Origin: a virus
Taxonomy: Duplodnaviria > Caudoviricetes
Length of the DNA: 64,000 nucleotides
Direction: 5' to 3' (one strand)
Virus record (IMG/VR): IMGVR_UViG_3300033066_001295
Location: 96,001-160,000 of that record
Under the pieces are notes generated by a model. It saw nothing but the letters and a program-made list of their open reading frames with translations, had not been told where the DNA came from and did not search any database. The translations under genes were made by a program, and so were the position numbers. This document shows positions 22,725 through 33,637 of the stretch, piece after piece (the stretch's first letter is position 1; each line of letters begins with the position of its first letter).

Positions 22725-23076
22725 CTTCCCAAAGGTTGAATGTTCTGAGGAAGGCTTCTGCTCTTTGTGAAGAGGTGGCGTGAATAGCACGACCAAAACG
22801 ACCCTCCCAGCCAGTTGTGTCCCCGTCTTCATCACGCTGGAACATGCTTCCGATATAGTGTCTGAATGTAGCACGCTGTCCACGATTCATTGTTGCCTCA
22901 GCCTCATGCATAGCGTTGAGGTCCTCTAGGTAGTTGCGAAGGTGCTGCCTATGCTTGCCGTAAATGGAGCCGTCTGGAGGTATTCCAGCGTAAGAGGCAC
23001 AGGCGTTATTACATCGCTCAACGGATGTCCAGCCTTCAAGCTTGGCTATGTTGATGATGATCTGACTGTCTGTCAT
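22714..23076 (-). CDS. phage paralog family protein, copy 3
   Basis: IAKLEGW...NYLEDLNAMHEAE...ATSSQRAEAFLRTFNLW. Confidence 0.65.
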   Translation of the reverse strand: MTDSQIIINIAKLEGWTSVERCNNACASYAGIPPDGSIYGKHRQHLRNYLEDLNAMHEAEATMNRGQRATFRHYIGSMFQRDEDGDTTGWEGRFGRAIHATSSQRAEAFLRTFNLWEDEA

Positions 23077-24647
23077 GATGTTGTCAGTGATCTCTTCTTC
23101 ATCGAAAGGGGTTTGTTCTGACGGGCAAGCCTGTTGGAACACTGAAACTTGGCACAAATCCACTCCTCAGTCCTCCCACACTTCCATGCCACCCTGATCT
23201 TCTCCTTATCAGTAAGGGTGATCCTCTTGTAAGGGTCACGCTTGAAGCCACAGGAACACTGAAAGGCTGCATCGTTATACTTCTTGCCACACTGGCAGGC
23301 ATACCACACTAAAGGGGTTGGGGTTCGGTTACTCATCTTGATATAAACTCAATAACTCCCTTCAGAAACATAAGGGCACTCACCAAGGCTAGTATAACAG
23401 CAATTGGCATAAGCCACAAGCCGCCACCTTCCTCAATTATTTGGTTTGGAGGAAAAACAGGAGGGGGAGGAACGGGTGTCTTCTTGCATGGTGAAGAGGG
23501 GGCACCACAATAGGGACACTTTTCATTCTCCTTGACCTTGTTGTTACAATAGGCGCAGATGTTCATGTGTTTCCTTTAATTGCCTCCTTGGCTGCCTTCA
23601 GTTTTTCCATGGCATCCGTTAAGACTGGACGAACGGTTTCATGCAATGACCTGACACCAGCCTCATAAGGTTTGAGGTAGTGCTTGCCCAAGTGCTCATA
23701 GAACACCTTCAGGAAGTCATCCACATTATAACCGCACATCTCATAAAGAGCGCAGGCTTCGACTTCGCTGAGTTCGAGAGTGACTGATAAGGTTGCCCCG
23801 ACAGAGGCTTTTGCCAGCTTAGCCATTGTAGAATGGGTTTGGGATTACAAACATCAGGTAAGGTATGACAAGATTGAGCAGTTTGCCACTTTCAGACTTA
23901 CCCATGAAGAACAGGATAGCATCATCACTATTTTTGAACCTCCTGCTACAGAAGCACTCAAATGACACGGCCCATGCAAAGAGTATGGTCTCTTTGTACA
24001 TCAAGCAATACACCACACTTTCACGTGTGTCTGTATCGAATGACTGGAAGGAGAAGTTGTTAAGCATGTGGGTTTAACCAGATTTCTTCGAGTTTGGCGA
24101 GGTTGTTGAGAACGATGTTGATGGACTTCTTTGACACCTTGCTGTGATCATGGATGAGGGCTATAAGAGCCTTCCGGGAAAGACGGCTGTTATTGAGGGC
24201 CTTCATCGAATTTGAAATCTGAAGAAGAGCCTTGGTGATCTCATTAGCATCAAAGACAAAGGGTGGTTCAGGTGGTGGTGGTGGCTGTTTCATAGTTGTA
24301 GTACACTGTTAATCAAGCCTAACATGGCTTGTATAGAAGATGTTTTGGCTGTGGGCAAGTCCTTCAGTGCATCACGGACAACAACAAGTGCAGTGGCATA
24401 CCTCCTCCTCTCGTTGAGTGCCTCTGAAAAGCTAGACATGGCAGTTCTCACATCCTTGTGCAATTCTGCAACTTCGTTCCGTGCCTTCTGGAGAAATTGA
24501 ACATTCTTCTCCCTGAGTTCTGTTAGAGTGAAGTCAAGAGTGGACGAGTGGCGTTTCTCATCGGCCAGACGTTCTTCAAGTGTGCTCAGATCATTGAGAA
24601 GGTCTTCTACATCGAGAAGGCCTTCTTTGAACTGCTGTCTGCGCCTG

Positions 24648-25028
24648 TCATATTTTGGGGTGCTCATCGAGGGTCTTGATTAAAGCTTTCACTCTCTGTT
24701 TGGCGGTGGCTGATACCACCTCTCTTGCTGGAATGCTGCGTTGTGTCCGCACCCTCATGTAAGTGACCTCACAGAGGTTATGGAGGTAGGTGTTCCAGAT
24801 GTTCTCACCCTTGCTCCTCAGCACCTTTTCAACCTCATTAATGGCATTGAGGTCGTCGTCATAAACCGGGATATAATACATTTCCTCCCCGATCTCAGGT
24901 TTAGCACAAGGCCTTCCATGACCGCTTATGTGGCGACCGGAGGGGCTGACAATCCACCAGTAATCAGAAAATTCAGCAACCTCGAAGCCGTGAAACTTGG
25001 CTATCCTAACTCTCTCTTTGGCAGTCAT
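24648..25028 (-). CDS. phage paralog family protein, copy 4
   Basis: IAKFHGF...PVYDDDLNAINEVEKVL...ATAKQRVKALIKTL. Confidence 0.6.
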   Translation of the reverse strand: MTAKERVRIAKFHGFEVAEFSDYWWIVSPSGRHISGHGRPCAKPEIGEEMYYIPVYDDDLNAINEVEKVLRSKGENIWNTYLHNLCEVTYMRVRTQRSIPAREVVSATAKQRVKALIKTLDEHPKI

Positions 25029-25262
25029 TTCAGTCTGAGTAGTTTTCCGGTTCCACTGCATTTGGGGCACCAGCCTTTGCTGGATGGGTAGGCAAACTCA
25101 CCGTTCATGCAGCCCACTTGGTCACATTGAATCAGTTTCATGTTTGGAGGGAGAGGCGTGCTGGCTTCAAGCTCTGCTATCCTTGCCTCAAGAGAGCGTG
25201 ACACAAGAGATGGAACAAACAAATGCCTTGCCCCGTCCACCTTGAAAACACGGATATTGGCA

Positions 25263-25562
25263 TCAGTTTTCATCGTGGTTAACCGGACTCGGTTGTGATA
25301 ATACAATGTTGGGCCTCCATCCGCGCATTTGCCCCCACATGCCGTTCCATGTCCATCCGCCGCCATTGTGGGTGATCCATTTTGCGAGCACGATGGATGT
25401 CCATTCGGCTTTCTCGGCCTTTGGCGCGTGGCGTCTGCTACGATGGTAGATCAGCACTTGGATCAGTGTTCCGTCCTTCGGTGCCTCACTCATCCGCCGC
25501 CAAGGCCCAACAATTTGCTGCTCCCGACACGGCGGGCTGATTAGTTTTCCTGAGTCACTCAT
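25263..25562 (-). CDS. APKDGT-motif (DUF551-like) protein, cassette 2
   Basis: WRRMSEAPKDGT...GWRP; start codon lies inside the attC-like loop. Confidence 0.6.
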   Translation of the reverse strand: MSDSGKLISPPCREQQIVGPWRRMSEAPKDGTLIQVLIYHRSRRHAPKAEKAEWTSIVLAKWITHNGGGWTWNGMWGQMRGWRPNIVLSQPSPVNHDEN

Positions 25563-25618
25563 GCTGTTGATTCCTTTCTGGTTGATCTGCCGCCGTGCCG
25601 GAGAGCAAGGCGTTAGGA
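25505..25618 (-). mobile_element. integron attC-like site
   Basis: TCCTAAC ... CTCTCCGGCACGGCGG / CCGCCGTGTCGGGAG ... GTTGGGC: imperfect palindrome with an unpaired base, ending in GTTRRRY. Confidence 0.6.
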
Positions 25619-25875
25619 GTCCCAGATATGTGGTTGTCGTATCGCATCAGCCCCAGCTTTCGCAGAGCCTTACCGAAGGCCATCGCGCAGACTGGTGGGC
25701 CTCCATTATTGGAGTATCGCCATGCCAGCGGATATTCTTCGTATGGAAAGACCGCGTTAATGAGTTCGTGGTAGCCGATTCTCGGTTTCCACGCCGCCCG
25801 GATTCGGTCACACAGCGGACTCCTAACAATTCGCTGATGTGACCGCCGGGTAGTGATTGGTGTCGGATATTTCAT
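25555..25875 (-). CDS. hypothetical protein, cassette 1
   Basis: 106-aa ORF whose core is bounded by the inverted repeat GTTAGGAGTCC/GGACTCCTAAC. Confidence 0.6.
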   Translation of the reverse strand: MKYPTPITTRRSHQRIVRSPLCDRIRAAWKPRIGYHELINAVFPYEEYPLAWRYSNNGGPPVCAMAFGKALRKLGLMRYDNHISGTPNALLSGTAADQPERNQQHE

Positions 25876-27592
25876 ACTTCTTCAATTAGCCCACTTCTGA
25901 CGTACCAGTAGAGTATATCAGCTATTTCGTCAAACGAATAGCCTTCATCATTGAGCTTGGCCAGAGTGTAGTTTATACCATCACAGGAGCCAAGATAGCC
26001 AGACTCACTCTTCAAGCCACCGATCCCTTTTGGTGGGTAAATCAGACAGCCACCGTACCTTATAGAGCCAATTGCTGAAACCCCTTTTAGCCCTTTAATC
26101 CGGCAAAGAACACCAAGGCAACAGTTACTTTCCTCACCTTGCCAAGTAGAGGCTAACCTGCCTGTGCCTTGTATGTACTCACCTGAACGGAGAGCATCAA
26201 TCAATTCGAGTGCATCTGATTTATTCATGGTCCCAACCTATTTCTTTTGATATTTGTGGTGTAAAGCCCCCACAAGCGTGAAGGCGAGAGGCGATGTGAT
26301 CAAGTGTTTTGCACTCACTTTCGAGCTTGGAGCTAAACTCTGGTGTGCCTATGGCTGAAGAGCCGGGAGAAGGAAGAAACCTCCACCATGCACAAAGCTG
26401 TTCTCGGGAGGCTTCTTTGATCTGACCTTCTGTAGGATATATCATGTCTCCATGAAACTTGTCAAACTTATCCTTTGATATGGTAACCACGCTCTTGTCA
26501 TCAAAGTAGCTGATTGTTTTTGGTTCGTGCAATGGCACCATTGGCATCTTGCCCACGGCTGACATGAGAGCCGTAGGGTTACCGTGCTTGTCTTTGACCA
26601 AGTAATAGTTCACTTCTGTGGGATGATGATGGTTGTCTCGTTATGTGATGTCTTACCACTTTGAATGTTCCTGTTAACTGACACAGGATCATCTGTCACC
26701 ACCTTCCCATCATTGATGAAGAGATAAACAAAATGAGCACTAAGCCCACGTGACACATGACCAACTTGAAACCGGTAGAGCTTCCTCCCATCAGATAGGT
26801 TACAAACAAACTCAGGCTGTGTTACATCAGCAACAGTGGTAAACTTTGGGTCATACACTGAGTCACCTGTGCCGGGTTGACGGTCACAAGCAGCCAAGCT
26901 TAGGATGGTGACGAGGGCGATTAGTTCGATGTATTTCATGGTTTTGATGTGTGTGATCCGTCGTTAACAAATGCTGCACAGGTCTCACCGCCCTCACCAC
27001 AAAAGAAAACACGGGCATGTTTCTGGTCTCGGGTGATCCAGCGAATGCAGCTTTCCCTGACACTGCACTCGTCATTGTGACAACGCGCTATGTCGGCTGC
27101 TGGCCAGTTGGTGAATACTCCTGCTTTATTACTCATCTTGGTGCTCCAAAGTCTTTCCACACTTCCCCATTAATTGACCAAGGCAGACTACCTGTCTCCT
27201 CCTTTAGTCTCGAAAACTCATCGGTGGTAAGTCTGGCGAAGAAGGCCATCATTGCCTCCAGTTCTGTTCTACCAGTTCCTACTGTTGGTGATCCGGGGCG
27301 TTTAGGCCACACCAAGTCACAAATAAAACCAGCATCATCACCAACAGGTATTATCTCAAACTTCATCTTTTGGTGTATTTCACCCGGTAACGACCAACAA
27401 CATTGCCATTGGCGTCCTGCAAAGAACGCTGGTCACAACAATTGGTCACATGTTTGGCTGCATCACGCAGAATGGAAGCTATGTGGGTGAGTGCGGTCAA
27501 CTGGCTCACCTCTGGGTCATCGCTTTCACCCTGAAAAGCAGCGTTCTCACAGGTAAGTTCAAGGCTGAATGATTTGACTTTTGACTTCGATG

Positions 27593-28210
27593 TCATGGGG
27601 CAGCAACGTGTTGGTTGGTTTCAACTGAGATAACTGGGTAGGGTGCCTTGCCACCTTCAAACCAGTCATGGCCAAGGCAGTACACTCGTGGGAAACCAGC
27701 CGCTTCAGCATCTCGTGCAAAACTGGTTTCCGGTGTGGAATTGATGATTAGGCCGCGCTTTTGCTGGTTAGGGGCAGCAACATTGACAGGCTGAAAATCG
27801 AATGGACTGTCAAGGTTTCCCGCTCCGGGGACACACGGAGAGCAAAACTGGGCGTACGTGTAGTAAGGCGACTTGGTAACAATGGCATCATTGTCCAGAC
27901 AGTCAGCTATGGCATACCCATCCTTGTTATAGGACCACCCGTTTGATTCGATGAAGTCTGGCATGTCGGCATCAAACTCCTCGCCACATTCTGAGCAGGT
28001 GATTGTGTCACCCCAGTTGTCAGCGTGCTCTTCATGGCCACACTCTGGGCACTCGAAGGCATCCTGTGGTGTTCCGTAGTCTGGATCAACGTCATCCAGT
28101 GCCTCTGGCATGATGGAGTTACAGGAGATAACCCCATAGCTGTAGCCTGTAGCATGGTCGATGTTGGTCCGACCAAGACCGTAGTCAATTCCGGGGTGCG
28201 AAGCTTTCAT
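27593..28210 (-). CDS. zinc-ribbon-containing phage protein
   Basis: CPECG...CSECG and SPYYTYAQFCSPCVPGAGNLD motifs. Confidence 0.6.
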   Translation of the reverse strand: MKASHPGIDYGLGRTNIDHATGYSYGVISCNSIMPEALDDVDPDYGTPQDAFECPECGHEEHADNWGDTITCSECGEEFDADMPDFIESNGWSYNKDGYAIADCLDNDAIVTKSPYYTYAQFCSPCVPGAGNLDSPFDFQPVNVAAPNQQKRGLIINSTPETSFARDAEAAGFPRVYCLGHDWFEGGKAPYPVISVETNQHVAAP

Positions 28211-29516
28211 TTACTTTTTTGATGGATTGGATTACTGCTTCAATTTCTGCCCAATGTGGGGCAGCCTTCAAGTCTGCCAGTTCCTTGTCAGTAGGCTTCC
28301 TGACAGTGAGATCATCGTTGAAGAGCAGCACATGCTGGCACTTCAAACAGAGGGAGACGGAGTCGATGGAATTGGGTTCAGGGGTACCATCACCAGTGGC
28401 ACAGTCAACTTTACACCCACAGTATGGGCAAGCATTCTCTGGTGTTGATATAGGCTCTGAACTCAAGCCTTTGAGGAGGTTTTTAATCGCGTCCATTGTC
28501 GTCGTAAGGTTTGATTTTCTTGAAGCTGATTGGCTGGGTGTCTGAACCGACTTGGCGAACAACATTGTCGGCCAAGGCATCCTTCTGATCTTCAGAAAGG
28601 GCATCATACTTCTTTTGGGCTTTGCCGGTCATCCGCTCATTGATGCGATCACCAATAGAGGTTCCACCAAGACATCCAGTGTTAAGGATGTAGGCTGCTA
28701 AGCCAGTGAAAAGGGACCCGAGAAGCCAGCGAAAATCGCCAGTCAGGAATGTAATGACAACGAGGGCAAAAGCCGTTCCACTCAAAAAAGTGATCACTGT
28801 GTAGCGAATATAGGGCATGGGTTTCATAGATTGTTGTTGTTATAGTTCTGGAATTCTCTCAAGGCCGTGTCGATCTTATGGGCCAAAACTCCCGGATAAC
28901 CGAAGTGAGCAAGCTGTTCTTGAGCGTCACTCAGGGCTGAAACAAGCTTACGCACTGTCTCAACAGGCACTGCTTTTACTTCTGGGATGTCCTTGTTCTT
29001 GCCCATCAGAGCATGAGTGTGGTAGGGCCAGCCACAGTAAGGCTCGACACAGACACCACTTTCTGACATCTTGGATTCTGGGATAACCCCGTCAGTAGCA
29101 CACTCAAGCTCATAGGTACGACGGTTAAGGGCACTGGTAAGCTGAAATACCCGGTAGTTTAGGTTTGCCACCTCAGCCTTTAGACTGGAAAGTTCGTCCA
29201 TTATGCCACCTCCTTTGCATCAAGGCCATAGGACAACTCACCCCACTCCAAGCTGTCACCAACAGCGTTCAGCCATGACTTGAACTGGGACCGGTAGCCT
29301 TCAGACTTTTCGGCAACATCCGTGCCCTGCTTACCACCATCAGGTGGCACAAAAAAGCTCACAAAGCCATTGATTGGAGAGTGACAAATTTCAGAAGGTG
29401 ACAAACTGAGGGCTTCAGCCTGCTTTCTGGCCGCATGGATGTTGGCAAGACCATCTGGGAAGAAGACGGAAGCCGTCACAACAATTGCCTTGTGGATGAT
29501 CTTGCTCATGGAAGAG

Positions 29517-29544
29517 ACTATATCGAGAGTCAGTCACTTGTCAA
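29517..29544 (-). promoter_or_regulatory. conserved phage promoter
   Basis: TTGACAAGTGACTGACTCTCGATATAGT, 7 nt before ATG at 29509. Confidence 0.85.
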
Positions 29545-29858
29545 CAGGAACCAACTCATAATCATAATCGTCCACATAACCGGATTCCTAATCTCGGGAT
29601 TCGTTCACCGTCACCACCCTGTAAAGTCCATCCTTACACGAATCAAAATTTATAATCTTGCTCAGCACAAATTCTGCGCCAATCATCCCAGCATCTTCAC
29701 TCAGCACCTGATAGCCACTGCTAAGCCTCTTTATAAAAGTGAGACTCTTACGCTGGTGTAGGCCGCGCTTATCACGCCACGTTCCAGTGGACAACCTGAC
29801 AACACAAACTGGTGGTGGCTCTTTCTCAGGAAAAACACCAGCCAGTGCTAGCTCTAGC

Positions 29859-30137
29859 TCATTCGATATGCTTGATAACCCCACGATGGTCAGGCTCCCC
29901 CCATACTCGTTGCTTGTTCTTTACAAGCTTCTTCAGTGCTTCATCCATCAAGTCAACACCCTGCATTTCTGCGATCTGGGCGAGGAGGAGCAGGCAATCG
30001 GCCATTTCCTCCCCATCTGTCGGGCATAAGGCAAGCTCTGCCACCTCGTCTGCCAAGTGGGCTATCTTCGCATCGACAGTTTGACCCGGAAACTTCTCAT
30101 TGGAGAAGGCAGCAACTTCTTTCTGAAAGGATAACAT
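29859..30137 (-). CDS. MazG-like dATP/dGTP pyrophosphohydrolase (DUF550-like)
   Basis: HLADEVAEL...EEMADC...KLVKNKQRVWG. Confidence 0.75.
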   Translation of the reverse strand: MLSFQKEVAAFSNEKFPGQTVDAKIAHLADEVAELALCPTDGEEMADCLLLLAQIAEMQGVDLMDEALKKLVKNKQRVWGEPDHRGVIKHIE

Positions 30138-30726
30138 CAGCGTATAAGGTGGCGAATGGCTTTTAGCTTGGCAATGCGGTGTCTTTCAACAGCAACAGCT
30201 AAAGCTTCTGTGGCAGCTTTCAGTTCGGCCATAACAGCTTCCTTGTTACAGCTACCATTAGCTTTAAGCTGGCGAAAGACAGGTGGAACATAAGCTTTCA
30301 CCCTTGGCTTAGAGCCATTCCCATTTGAACTGAAATCAACTTTTTGGATTGTTGGGACAGGTATGACAGGGGCAGAAATAGGCTCGTCCTCACCGGCAAC
30401 GTGGTTGAGTGGCCCAAGTTTGCTCACTTCAGCCTCAGTCTCCTTCAAGTCATCCTCAGAGGGTTCAGGATCATCATCTTCCTCCTCATCTTCATCTTCG
30501 CCATCTTCATCTCTGCTAGCATAAATGCTGCGTTTGGACCTTGGCTGTTCTTCAAACTCATCTTCCTCATCTTCGTCTCTTCTTGAGATAAGGGTCTCCG
30601 TGTCGTCCCACAGGGAGGAAGGGTTATAGTAATGGTTTCTTGACATGGCAGGGAGAACTAAATGTGTGACAAGATTGAGTGTCAAATCAATTTGACACAA
30701 TGACTGTTATTTATTTTCTACACTAA

Positions 30727-31194
30727 CTAGAATGGTATATCATCATCGTCTGGAGGCTCAAACCCATCATCGTCATCATCGAGACCACTGTAGGAATGGA
30801 ACTTGGTAGTTTCAGGTTTTTTGAGCGTCAAACTACCATCAGGCTGGCGCGTCCCCTTGCATGAAGGGAACTTCGAGCATCCAAAGAAGTAGGTTTTGTT
30901 TGTCTTGTTCTGCCTCAAACGCATGGGTGACCCACACTTAGGACACTTCAACTTGGACTCCAACTCGTAAAGCCTTCTCTCTTCCTCTAGGCTTATATCA
31001 GCTTCGCTAACTTCAGCTTTAGGTTGAGGGAACCTACTCTTTTCTGCGTAAAGCCATTCACTCAGCAGTTCATAGCAGTCCTCACACAGATGGAACTTTT
31101 CCACCTTGTAGTCATCTACGGGAGGCCCAAAAACAAGGCCTCCCGGAGCGTTAAGGGTGTTACCACACTTCTGGCAAAGAACGCTGAGACTCAC
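30727..31194 (-). CDS. topoisomerase-type C4 zinc-finger protein with acidic DDIPF tail
   Basis: CPKCGSPMRLR...FFGCSKFPSCKGT; SSB-like DDDDIPF C-terminus. Confidence 0.7.
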   Translation of the reverse strand: MSLSVLCQKCGNTLNAPGGLVFGPPVDDYKVEKFHLCEDCYELLSEWLYAEKSRFPQPKAEVSEADISLEEERRLYELESKLKCPKCGSPMRLRQNKTNKTYFFGCSKFPSCKGTRQPDGSLTLKKPETTKFHSYSGLDDDDDGFEPPDDDDIPF

Positions 31195-31532
31195 GACCCT
31201 ACGTCAACGCGATAAACTTGAGGGTTTTCCTTGTCGATCTCGGCCACTGCTCGGAGAGTTCTTTCGACCTCACCGATGTGACAACCACACCGAGGGCAAA
31301 ACTCAACCACGTTAGTGGGCAGGGACGTTTGTGCTTCTGCCACAGGGGCGACCGGAGCACTCACCACCCTCTTGACCTTTGGCTTGGTGCCTGTGGGCTT
31401 TGAGGATGAATTGCGGCTCCAATGGCGACCTTCGTGGGCACGAAGTTTATGGATGGAAAGGCCAGCTTGGGTCTTGAATGACTTTTCACACTGATCACAC
31501 TTGAATACTTCTACAGCAGTTTCGGTGCTCAT
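31191..31532 (-). CDS. C2H2 zinc-finger protein
   Basis: FKCDQCEKSFKTQAGLSIHKLRAH; FCPRCG. Confidence 0.65.
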   Translation of the reverse strand: MSTETAVEVFKCDQCEKSFKTQAGLSIHKLRAHEGRHWSRNSSSKPTGTKPKVKRVVSAPVAPVAEAQTSLPTNVVEFCPRCGCHIGEVERTLRAVAEIDKENPQVYRVDVGS

Positions 31533-32285
31533 GATTGTTTCTCTTCGTCCTGTTTTGTTTCTCCCTGACCCTGCTCGGACACAGCACACGGCCAGAGGCT
31601 TGGGCTGTCAAGCCAGTTGTCTGACGAGTGCCCCTCACTTGATCTCTTCTGTTTGTCCCATTGTGAGAGGGAAAACTCCTCAGTGGGGACGCCAAACCCA
31701 AAATAGTCGATCTCGCTGAATTCTTTAAGGCCCACCTTGCCTTTAGCCTCGACAGCCATGAGCGCGAGGGTGAAAGCCCACATCACAATCTGACCCGGAG
31801 AGGTGGACAGGTAGGTGCATAGAAACTTCAGCTTTGGGTCAACAAAGTCAGCCATGCCAACGCTGGCAAGTCTGTTTTCGAGTATCTTGGCTAGGAACAG
31901 CTTGCCACTTTCAGAGGTAGCCTCAGCCCAGACAGAGGACACCTTGGTGTCATCAGCCATGAACATTTGAAGGTACATCTTCGTTTCCTCTTCGGTGAGA
32001 GGAGCTTTGTCACCGGGACTTTGGGGTATCAGGCACCTGTAGTTTTCAAGAGCACCTGTAGGTTTTTTGAATGTCATGTTTTAGAGTAGTTCGGACAATT
32101 TCACGCAGACGAGGATAGCACCACCAACGCCACCGATAGAGATAACCGAGATGGCGGCTGCCACAAGAATAACAGCCCCAGCAGCAGCAAACAGCTTGCA
32201 GATGGAAGGCTCACGACGGTGTGAATGGTTATGTGCTTTCATGGCTTAGAATATAACGATCTAGCGACTTCTGTCAACCACTATA

Positions 32286-32930
32286 TCAAATATCGAAAGA
32301 AATTTCTTCTGAATGCAGCACCACGCTACCCTCAGAGGACTTTACAGCCCCTACTTTCTTGCATTTATCACAATAACCACAAGGCTGAAAACCATCACCA
32401 TCAGCCTTGGGTGTAGGCACCTCACAGTACACACAGAGTTCCCTAATCTCATCTGGAAGATCAAGTTTTATCTCAGAACCTTGACGATACAGAGGAAAAG
32501 TGAGAGGTGGAAAGCCATTAGCTGAAAGACGGGACAAACTCTTCCATATCCTCTTAAAATCATCAAGGTATGATATTGCATCATCATTCATGACATAACC
32601 AATAGACACCTCGTTAAATTTTTCGGCTGAAATGGCATAAGCTGCTGGAAGCAGCCACAAGATAGGCTGCTTCAGTATCAATTCACCACCACCACTTTCC
32701 AAACAAACCTTGGCGATCTTCTCAAAAGTGAACTTACCCGGAAAGGTTCTCCTGAAGAAATCGGCCATCTTGTTTATGGCACCTATCTCAGCCAAGGTCT
32801 TTGTTTCGTTATTAGACACCTCGACATAAGCTGCTGTAACACTACCACCTCTTTTCAGGCGATCCCAAACAAGATAGGTGGAGTCCTTGCCACCACTCCA
32901 AAGTATAAAGCTATGAGTATCAGTTTTCAT
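32286..32930 (-). CDS. QueC-like PP-loop ATPase (7-cyano-7-deazaguanine synthase family)
   Basis: LWSGGKDST PP-loop; C-terminal YCE...PCGYCDKC zinc site. Confidence 0.7.
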   Translation of the reverse strand: MKTDTHSFILWSGGKDSTYLVWDRLKRGGSVTAAYVEVSNNETKTLAEIGAINKMADFFRRTFPGKFTFEKIAKVCLESGGGELILKQPILWLLPAAYAISAEKFNEVSIGYVMNDDAISYLDDFKRIWKSLSRLSANGFPPLTFPLYRQGSEIKLDLPDEIRELCVYCEVPTPKADGDGFQPCGYCDKCKKVGAVKSSEGSVVLHSEEISFDI

Positions 32931-33275
32931 TTTCGTTATAATCAACAAAGGAGACAAAGTTGGCGTCATAGCCATCCAGAGGCTCACCAGCTTTAACAAA
33001 TCTGAGTCTCTTGCCACCGGCATAGAGCCTGTCATGGGCCTCGTGGCTCAAAGAGATGCCATATTCCAGAAGGATGTTACTGAGCATTGGAATGATCCAC
33101 CTGATGTCGTCATGCTTCACCACTTCAAGAAGAATGGTGCTCCGGTCACCTGAAAAAATGGTTCCTGCTACGTCATGGCAGGCGGCGAATGTCTTGCCCG
33201 ACCCACGGCCTGTAAGTTCCCCAGCTTTAACCAATTGCAGTCTCTCAAAATCTGTTTGCATGTATGTATCTGTGT

Positions 33276-33572
33276 ATGAACGCAACTATCCAACTCACTT
33301 GGGACGCTCCCCCTGAACCTGTCGATTACTACCTTGTGCGAATCAACGGTAATGACTCGACAACAGGTGGTCCGTCATATCAATTCACAATCTCTGAAAC
33401 CAGCTATGTCTCCGTCGAGGTATTTGCTGTAAACTCAGGTGGAAGCTCAAGCCCTGCTTCATTGCAGTTTAGCGTGCCGCCTTACCAACCGCCGCCCACA
33501 ATGCCACCACCACCACCGCCGCCGCCATCATCACCGACTAATCTCAACTGGTCTGTGGTAGGCTGGTCGTAA
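33276..33572 (+). CDS. fibronectin type III-like, Pro-rich protein
   Basis: IQLTWDAP..VDYYLV..VEVFAVNSGGSS..PSSPTNL. Confidence 0.6.
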   Translation: MNATIQLTWDAPPEPVDYYLVRINGNDSTTGGPSYQFTISETSYVSVEVFAVNSGGSSSPASLQFSVPPYQPPPTMPPPPPPPPSSPTNLNWSVVGWS

Positions 33573-33600
33573 TACCTCCCATTTGTTGTGTGTTCCTGTT

Positions 33601-33637
33601 AACCTCCGCCTCTTCAAAGGGGCGGAGGTTTTCTTTT
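33601..33637 (+). terminator. intrinsic terminator
   Basis: aacctccgcc-tcttcaaagg-ggcggaggtt hairpin followed by ttctttt. Confidence 0.8.

Noticed and set aside
32920-33285. Terminase large subunit (GRGSGKT)
   Set aside because: Only 121 aa with no nuclease domain; at most a P-loop fragment.
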